Assembly (NCBI GenBank): GCA_028534125.1
Contig: CM052817.1
Coordinates: 62,002,001 to 62,066,000 of the forward strand
Source of the DNA: Lama glama
Taxonomy: Eukaryota
Length of the DNA: 64,000 nucleotides
Reading direction: 5' to 3'
Shown here: in pieces, positions 55,064 through 64,000 of the stretch
How positions within the stretch are numbered: the first letter of the stretch is position 1
Layout: each line of letters begins with the position of its first letter
Made by a program: the position numbers and the translations under genes
Notes under the pieces: model-generated
Databases searched by the model: none
Told to the model about the DNA's origin: nothing
Seen by the model: only the letters and a program-made list of their open reading frames with translations

Positions 55064-57365
55064 TTACGGAAAGTACAATAAAAATTTCACAGTTTAGTAT
55101 TTTGTGTTTCTTTGTATTTTTTAATCACATATTAGTACTGAACCATAATCTGAGTGATTTTATTCTGTGTAGTGGAAATTATGAAATTCAGAGGCTATTA
55201 ACTGTTCCTACTTTAATCTTCACTGGAATGCTTCGGAGATCCTTGTTTTAACAATTAGTGAAATTCATTTATCGTGTTTCCTAATATTTCTTAATAACCA
55301 ACTATAATGATCACATTTTTAATCAGATGAATCCCATTGTTATGATCCTCATTCATACAGAGTCGCTTATGTATAGTAATTTTTTTCTTCACAATAGATA
55401 CTGTGGAAGTTGTAATAATTCCAAGATCTTTTGATCAATAACTCAAAAGCAAGGTTCAGTTTCAGAGTGGAAAATAGAATGTTGGAGTCCTGAAAGAATG
55501 AATATAGCTTCTTGAGGTGTCTCAAACACAAGGCAGGGAAAAGAGTAACTACTGGGGAGAGTCCAGAAATATCTTAATATGTAACTATATGACCATTCTT
55601 CAATTAGTAGATTAAATAGTCATTTCTGTTCAAATATACCAAAACTCTAATTATGCATTTCTTTAGTTGCTATAGCAATATGCAGTACAATTTTCAAAAC
55701 TGCTGTTGATGGACACAAAAATGTTAGAAACCAATTAGTCATTTTAAACACCAAAGCTAAAAAGTAAACATTAGCTAAAGAGTTTCGAAGCAGCATTTTT
55801 TTTAAAGAGCAAAGCAAAAAATTTATTTCATATTCTGTTCAGCTCCTTCCAACAAAAAGTTATTGGAAATTTGCCCAGTTGACTTAACTTAAAAAAGTAA
55901 GCACCTCTGTCCTTTCATCCCATGTCCCCAGTAAAGACTTGAGAATCTAAAGCACCATTTCAGCCTACCAAACTACTGGGTGGAAATCCAAAGACTCTGG
56001 AACTATATTTGCAGTATCTTTTAAGGAGCTATTAGAAAGCACACCTGGAAAAACGCAGTGTGAAAAAATACACTGTCATATATTTGCCATTTGGTTGAAT
56101 TTCTTGGAAGAAAAACTTCAAGAGCTTAAGGGTTGTGAAAAGATTATTGGATATGTGTGGATCTAAGGTAAGACAAGAGACTATCCCAATGGTGACAGAA
56201 TTTCTGTCAGAAGGGCATTTCTAATGTGATTATCAAGAAATTAAATATATTGTAGGAATGAACACTTAAAATCCACAGTTGTTAGAACTTGAAATTTATC
56301 TAAACCATGTCCTTATTTTATATATGAAAAACATGTTTCTCAGATTACTCAAAGCCTCACAGCAAAATAATCGATACCACATTAGAATCTGCTGACCCTT
56401 GATTTGATAGCTATTTTGCTATCCACACATCCCTTTGCATCTCTTTTGGTTGATCTGTGTCCTTCCAAAAGAGACATTAAACTTTTTTCTACTCTTTCTT
56501 TTCTCATATGGTAGTTTCTCCTTCTTTTTAATCTGCATTAAGATAAAAACTTCAGCAATACACCAAACACCACTTTAATAAAAATAATAGTAATGAATAA
56601 CTTTTATGGGATAAAATGTTCTTGACAAGGTATATTTTGTTTGTGAAAGTGATTCTGAAAAACTCCCATCTGATGTGGGGTAGGGTGAAGACCTAAAGAC
56701 AGGAAGTAGTTCTCAAATCAAGTAAAATATTGATCCATTCTCAGTTAAACTAACCAGCACATCACAAAATAAGGATTGAAAATTAGAAGGTGTGAGGCAT
56801 GTATGTCTTCAAATGGTCAAAACAAATTCCTTTAACATTTATTAATTATCTCCTTATGGTAAACACTTTATTAGTTACTTAGGATGAAGATGTGCAAGAT
56901 TCAGAATCAAGACTAGAAAGATAAGCTGAGATCTATTAATGAAAAGCCTCCTGTTATGCTAACAAATGGCAAACTCTCAAAGGCTTCTAAGCAGGGAGGG
57001 AGATCAGATGTCGTTTTACCCTCAGTGTGATGGAGGAGGTGGTGGAGAGCAGAAGGTACTTAGGGACCCATCTGAACAGACCAGGAGGGATGATGAGGTT
57101 TTGAACTCAGCAAGTGACAGTGGATGGCAAGAGGACAGAGCAGATTCTAGTAGTAAATAGATCAGAAGTTTGGGGAGACCTATGTATCTGGAGAGTGCCA
57201 AGAGGAAAGGATAATACCATATTCTTAGCTACTGCAGTTGTTAAGTGGATACCATCACTGAATGAAATAATACCAAATTAGGTAAGAAAGTGGGGAGAAA
57301 AGCAGCAAATTTATTTTGATACGTGTTCAGTTTGGTGCAACTGGAAAAGTCCAGTAGGTCCAGAT

Positions 57366-57901
57366 CATGACTTCTCAACCTCAGCACAAGTGACATTTGG
57401 GACTGGATAATTCTGTTTGTTTGTTTGTTTGTTTAAAGGATTTTATACTATATTTTAAAAATCCCACAAAATAAAAAAGGAATCAATCAACGTATGTCTT
57501 CAAAGTCCTTCCCAAAGTCTCTGCACCCTACAACCATGCGGCTGGTTGTTGCCTTTTTCTTCTCTGCTCAGTCCGCAGCTCATTGAAGGACTATCGAAGA
57601 GTACTTGGGCTCTCGTTCTTAAAATCAAACTTGTTCTGCCAGATACAAGACCTTGGATTTATCCAAATTGCAGAAACATTGCTTTGACCATCCGTCCACC
57701 AAAATACCTCCCATTCAGATCAACAACAGCTAGAATTGCTGTTGTGAGGTTGTCCTATGCATAGTCAGGTGCTCAGCAGCATCCCTGGACTCTACCCAGC
57801 AGGTGCCAGTGGCACCCCTCCAAGCCATGACGAAATAAACACCTCCAGATAATGCCAAGTGTCCCCTGACAGGAAAAGTCATTTCAGGTTGAGAACCACC
57901 T
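57366..57901 (-). mobile_element. MER20 hAT transposon split by a retrocopy insertion
   Basis: The left part ttctcaacctcagcac..tgacatttgggactggataattct and the right part gttgtgaggttgtcctatgcat...gcagcatccctggactctaccca...ggttgagaacca are contiguous in the MER20 consensus as I recall it. 8-bp flanks gtccagat/gtctagag. Confidence 0.85.
57415..57732 (-). pseudogene. RBM17: Processed (retro) pseudogene fragment of RBM17/SPF45: C-terminal codons, stop, 3'UTR and decayed tail
   Basis: The minus strand from 57730 to 57625 reads AVVDLNGRYFGGRMVKA[+1 frameshift]CFCNLDKSKVLYLAEQV*, against the RBM17 C-terminus AVVDLNGRYFGGRVVKACFYNLDKFRVLDLAEQV*. About 190 bp of UTR and an (AAAC)n tail follow. Confidence 0.9.
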
Positions 57902-60900
57902 GTCTAGAGTTTGAAAAAGAAGTCCTGGTAGAAGATTTGTATTTCACTATCTAGGAGACAGCTGAAGCACTAAAAAGCAATGACATTACCAGGGGAAAGA
58001 CTGTGGAATTAAAAAAAAAAAAAAAAAAAGAGGACACCAACATTCAAGAGGAAAAGCCGCCAGCAAAAATGATATGGTGTGAACAAAGACGTAGGAGAAA
58101 AACCAAGAGACAAGTGTCAGAGGAGCCAAGAGGAGAATAAAGTTTTAAGAAGTTGGGAACAGCACAAATGCAGCAAGAGACTCAAAAGTAGGAGTCAAAA
58201 GTTTGGGAAATTGAAGCGTGAAGAGGGAGGAGCAGCCCAGCTGTGTTGAGGGTGCACAGGAATTGGGAAAACGACCACCATGAGAACTACTCCTCATTTG
58301 CAAAAGTTTACGGTGACAGAAAGCAGCACCATTAAGGGGTGATGGCTTCAAATGCAGCAATGCTATAATTCTTCTGAGGATATGGTATAGCTGTTGCTCC
58401 AGTTTTCAAATTCCTGCTATATGAAAGCACATCTTATAAGAATCTTTGTTACCCGATTAAGAATGGTGACCACACATCAGAGGCATGTACTTTAAAAGAC
58501 AGGTTTAACTGAACCATCACTGAAATACCACTGTATAATTATTTTGTTTTGATGTGATTTAATTTTAAACTCTATGTAAATTTTATCTAATTTCTAAAAC
58601 GACTCACATTTAGCCCCCCAGAAGGCAATACTTCTTCCTGAAAAAATCCTTTTAATTCCTGCCATAAAACCTCTTTTCCAGCTCTCAGGTAGTGTAATAA
58701 GCACAGAATATTGTGCTGTCCTGCATGACAGCTGCTCCTTTCAGGATGCCTCCACACTACTTTGCAAAGGGGTGAGTAACATTTTAAGCATATCCTGTAT
58801 CATTTGGAGAGATGTGACAGAAGGCAGGCCGGATGACTCGCAGGCAGAGAGAACACAAGGGTGACGGATGAGTAAGCATGAAAACCGGACACTTGTCAGC
58901 TAGGAGTTAGATGTAAACCAGAATGTTTTAGAATAATGTGGGCATTCCTGTCAGGAAAAAGATGAATTTCTGCCCTTGGAAGACCTTTAGGATTCTACAA
59001 GTCTGCTTTCTTTCCATTAGTTCTAAGGCTGCTACTAAAATAAGTATAAAGTCCTTTCATTATAACCTAGATTACTTTTGCAAAGTCAACTTCGCTTACT
59101 CTTGATTTAGTCGTTGATTCCGTCAGTTAAAAGAAAAATCAGCTTTGTCATATGCATGCATTCAGAAAGATGTTGACTTAAGAGCATGAATATTGGCTTA
59201 CTAAATCCATACAGTGAAATCTAATTAGTAGGTGTAGAACCAGACCTGAAACTATATGGATTTCTATTTACCATTTACACAGTAATCAAAGAAAGCCTTT
59301 TAGAATACACACGTGTGTGGGTGTACATGTAAAAAACGGCAGAATTTTGATGCATTCAATGTAATTTCTTTTGCACAATAATAATACTGTGGTTACAAAT
59401 TATTTATGATGTGAAATCCACTAATTCATGGCATCCCACAGCCATGAACTCTGCTTTCTGACAATGTGGTAAACAGAAAGAAAAAAAAAAAGGCTAGCTG
59501 GGAGTTGGAAGGCTCTGTGGCCTCACCTTCCTCATTTGTAAAATGAGAGTAAATGACTAGATGCTTTTGGAGGTCTCTTTTGTGAGAAGGGCATATGACT
59601 GAATAGACTAACATTTTAAATATGCATTTTACAGGAAAACAGCATATCCTTTGTCAAATAAGATAAGATCTCTAAGGAGCTATACCAACTATCAGTATCA
59701 AAGAGAAATAATAGAAGAAATTATTTTTCAATAATCTAGGAGTTGATGCACCTTTGAGGAGAACAGCTTATAGTTTTCTCTTAGGACAATCTCTTGGGAC
59801 TTTTGTACACTTATATATAAAGGTAAGAGTTAGAAAATGGGGAGATGGGCGGGTTCCAGAAGGTCCAGTATTAAACATATCAGAAAATTTTTTGTACAAA
59901 TCCACTAGAGCAATGCAGTATACAGCACAAAAGCAGGTGACTATAAAATTTTTGATGATTATAAATGCATTGAGAATCAATTTGACAAAACTAATTTTCT
60001 CTCCCCCTGGAGAGGTGGGAGGGAAATGCTGACCCGAAACAGCGTGCAAGAAAGCCTATCACGTCAAGGTGTATATTTATAAGAGGGGCTGAGAATCAGG
60101 TCTCCTTCCCAGCGGCATCCCTGGGGCATCTTTGCCTGACACCATCCAAAAAGGGTGAGAGTGGCCTACAATGGGAAAGTCAAGGCTGGACAGATGGAAG
60201 CTTTGACTGTAACAGGTCACGCTACCATCCAAGCACCTGTGAGCCCTGCTGATTTTGGAAGGAAACCAGGAGAAAATACCAGCAAAAGATCTCCCTGTGG
60301 TGTCTGAGCAGGCAGGCTGCTGCTACTACTGTCTTTGAAAAAGAAAATAAACATGTTCTCATTCCAAGTTTTAAAAAAATAATTTACATTTGTTAAAAAT
60401 GTTTATTCCCTCAGCAATGCTACTTCATTATGCAAAAAGATTTATTAGAATAAAATGTTTTTTAAAAGACAAAATCTTGACAATGTGATAGACTGTCTAT
60501 GGGTATACTTCAATAGATTATTCTAATGGAAGTTAAAATTCTTAAATTCCATTGAATAATAAGATATAAATAAAATATTACCTTATTAATATTGTATTTT
60601 TGTTTTTAGATCTCATAGAGTTTTGTGAATATTAAAAGAGATTGAATCTGAAAAGGTTTTGGAAGATTATAAAGCACAAAACACATGTAATAGATTATTA
60701 CAATTATTTCTATTATTATTAGAGAGTTCTCACATGAAAGATGATTACTCATTTGAGTAAATTTCAACATGTCATTCCCTTACACACTTGAGTCATGTGG
60801 TCTATAAACCATAGTGTTTAATATTCCTTATTGTTCTTATGGAATTTAAGGTTTATTGCTGTGTTTTTCAAACTGTGTCATGACCTCTTAGAGGATTATG

Positions 60901-61164
60901 AATTTAATTTATTGAATTAAAAACCAGCATCAAAATATGAAATTGAATAGATAGAAAATGTCAAGGTGTATCACCCATAGTATTATGTGTGTATATGTGT
61001 ATACACACACATATCTCTGTGTACTGGTATATGTGAGGAGATTGGCATATATTTATTTAGTGGATCATGAGATAAACATATTTTTATTGTAGGTCACTAT
61101 GAAAGATCTGAAAGCTCCTGTGAAGCAGGGTAACATTGCAGACAAGAGCAAGATCTTCAGCACA

Positions 61165-62526
61165 GACAAGAATATACAATGGAGTAAAGATGGTCTCTTC
61201 AAAAAGTGGTGTTGGGAAAACTGGACAGCCGCATGTAAATCAATTAAGTTAGAATACTCCTTCACACCATACACAAAAATAAACTCAAAATGGCTTAAAG
61301 ACTTAAACATAAGGCAAGACACTATAAACCTATTAGAAGAAAACATTGGCAAAACATTTTCTGACATAAATCTTAGCAATGTTCTCTTAGGGCAGTCTAT
61401 CCAGGTAATAGAAATAAAAGAAAAATAAACAAATGGGACCTAATTAAACTACTAAGCTTTTGCTTTACTTTTTCATATAAGTAAAACAAAATGACAACCT
61501 ATGGGATGGGAGAAAATATTTGCAAATGATGCGACTGACAAAGGTTTAATTTCCAGAATATATAAATAGCTCATACAACTTTATAAGAAAAATACCAAAA
61601 AAAAATCTAATACAAAAATGGGCAGAGGACCTAAACAAGTAAATTTCCAATGAAGATATACAAATGACTAATAGGCACGTGAAAAAATTCTCAATATGGC
61701 TAATTATCAGAGAAATGCAAACCAAATCTACAATGAGGTATCATCTCACACCAGTCAGAATAGCCATCATTCAAAAGCCCACAAATGATAAATGCTAGAG
61801 AGGGTGTAGAGAAAAGGGAACTCTCCCATACTGTTGGTGGAAATGTAGTTTGGTGCAGCTATTATGGAAAACAGCACAGAGATTCCTCAAAAAAACTAAA
61901 AATAGACTTACCACATGATCCAGCAGTCCCACTCCTTGGCATGTATCTGGAGGGAACTCTAATTCCAAAAGATACATGCACCCCAATGGTCTTAGCAGCA
62001 CTATATACAATAGCCAAGACATGGAAACATGTCCATTGACAGATGACCCAATAAAGAAGTTGTGGTATATTTATACAATGGAATACTACTCAGCCATGAA
62101 AAGGGAATGAAATAATGCCATTTGCAGCCACATGGATGGCCCTGGAGATCATCATTCTAAGTGAAGCCAGAAGAGAAAGAAAAATACCATATGCTATCAT
62201 TCATATATGGAATATAAAAATAAAGATACAAATGAACATATTGACAAAATAGAAACAGACTCATAGACAAAGAAAACAAACTTTTGGTTATCAGAGGGGA
62301 AAGGGGGTGGGAAGGGATAAACTAGGAGTTCTTGATTTACTATATATAAAACAGATAAACAACAAATTTCTTCTGTATAGCACAGGGAGCTATATTCAAT
62401 ATCTTGTAGTAATGTATAATGAAAATGAATATATGTTTGTATATGTATGACTGAAACATTATGCTGTACACTAGAAATTGACACAACATTGTAAATTGAC
62501 TATACTACAATTTAAAACAAAAGAAA
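61165..62526 (+). mobile_element. 5'-truncated LINE-1 (ORF2 C-terminus and 3'UTR), apparently inserted in a MIR
   Basis: [19 protein letters not shown]...[12 protein letters not shown] remnant, 3'UTR and A-rich tail. MIR-like sequence resumes at about 62530-62700. Confidence 0.9.
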
Positions 62527-64000
62527 ACCCTCCGATTTACCATTTCCTGAACAAGTGACTTGGGTAATTTAGCTAAAGTTTCATTTCCATGCTTCTGTAT
62601 CATTATTTGCTAAATAAGGATAATAACATGATCTACCTCATAGGGTTGTTGGAGGCATCACAGGAGTTAACACTACAGTAAGCATGCCAAAAATGCAGGT
62701 TACTGGGACACAGAGTTTTTTTAAAGACAAAAAATGAAGATGAAAGATTTTGATTTTATTCCTGTTATTATTTTGTAACCTCTTCTTACTTTAAAAATAT
62801 ATGTATTTTTGACCACTCTTACAAATTTACCACAAGCACTTTCATAATATCATAGTTATATGCAGAGAGACAGGTCAGAATGATCTTTGAGCAAATCCTT
62901 CTCAGCAGAAGGATTATCTTGGCAATCTCTTTAGTTTTGTCAAGGTATGGCTATCCCTTACTGCATGAGGTCATTTAAGCAGAGAAATCCTAAGTGAGCA
63001 AAGTCTCTGTAAAGGGAAATACAATTTCAGCCATTCTTTTTTATTTCTTGGTTTTGGGGAATTTATATGACAAACATACTTGTATTCAGACAGTTCTGCT
63101 AAAAGGTTTTATAAAAATAAGTACTTTAGAGCTAGAACTCCAAAGACATCCATTATAGAGGAGAGGAAGAAAAAAAAAAGCTACTCTTATATTCACACTG
63201 CATCTTTAGTTTCAGAAAAAATGATTATATGTCATCACAATATTTTTTAAGGTACGTCTTAGGGATAAATAATAAGAAACATGCCAACTTTATGGATGAG
63301 GGACCTGACATACCAAAAAGTTAAGGCTCTTTTCTCAGAGTATGAAAAAAGAATGCAATGACTGCAGGCAAGCTTTTTTGCAAATAAGTAGTCTAGCCAT
63401 AAACTTCCCATTTCATACAGCATAAAACATTACTTCAATGACATATTTTAGTCCAGTGGGTTACCAGCCCTGCCTATAGCACGTAGATGGATGATTTCCC
63501 CCAAAATGTAACTTATGAGACAGTGTTCTATCAATTAGATGTCTGCCTTTCAGAACAAATATTAGCTATAAATTTCTACAGATTCATGGTGCCTCCACAA
63601 ATCTAAGGAACTTCTGTCTAAATACAAAAGTAACTATGTTTGGAAAAATATAGACTGATACAATTAGGTAGGTGTTATAGTTTTTAATCCTGAAATAGAA
63701 ACTACATGATGAACTATTTAATATAATGGTTAAGATTTACATGAAACAGGGAGAAATTTATTGTTAAAAATTTGTCTTATTGTCTAAAACTGTCTACATG
63801 GTGTGATTAATCTCATCTAATTAAAAATCTGGCCCCTGCAATTTACAATGGGCTTACTGGGGGCTTAAGTGGTTATACAAGGGATCAAATCACAACTCAG
63901 AGATGCACGTTAGTAAAGAAGCCATTTATTCTGGTGTCTTGGCAAGCCTGCTGAGCTCTACCAAGGTGTTGGCATTAGGCTGCCAGATACTGTCATGGCA

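Noticed and set aside
57546..57764. 72-aa plus-strand ORF
   Set aside because: It is the antisense reading of the RBM17 retrocopy, not a gene.

Overview
Mammalian genomic DNA, most likely camelid (alpaca/camel), judged from two Vic-1-like tRNA-derived SINEs. The window lies inside the netrin receptor gene UNC5C, transcribed on the minus strand. Four consecutive internal coding exons are present: 54908-55011, 15656-15836, 12192-12359 and 9351-9515. They encode the second Ig domain and both thrombospondin type-1 repeats and splice in frame. The first of them, which the ORF track missed, ends in a non-canonical GC splice donor. The introns contain a decayed full-length L1 (~6.8 kb, with target-site duplication, TSD), an internally deleted L1, several 5'-truncated L1s (one spanning the 500-N gap), four solo LTRs, L2/MIR/hAT remnants, a 3' retrocopy fragment of RBM17 (SPF45) nested in a MER20, and a 112-bp tandem duplication. 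Most ORF-track entries are L1 debris or spurious. I found no evidence of a new multi-gene system; the notable points concern splicing and retrotransposition. Repeat family names are from recall, not from a database search.
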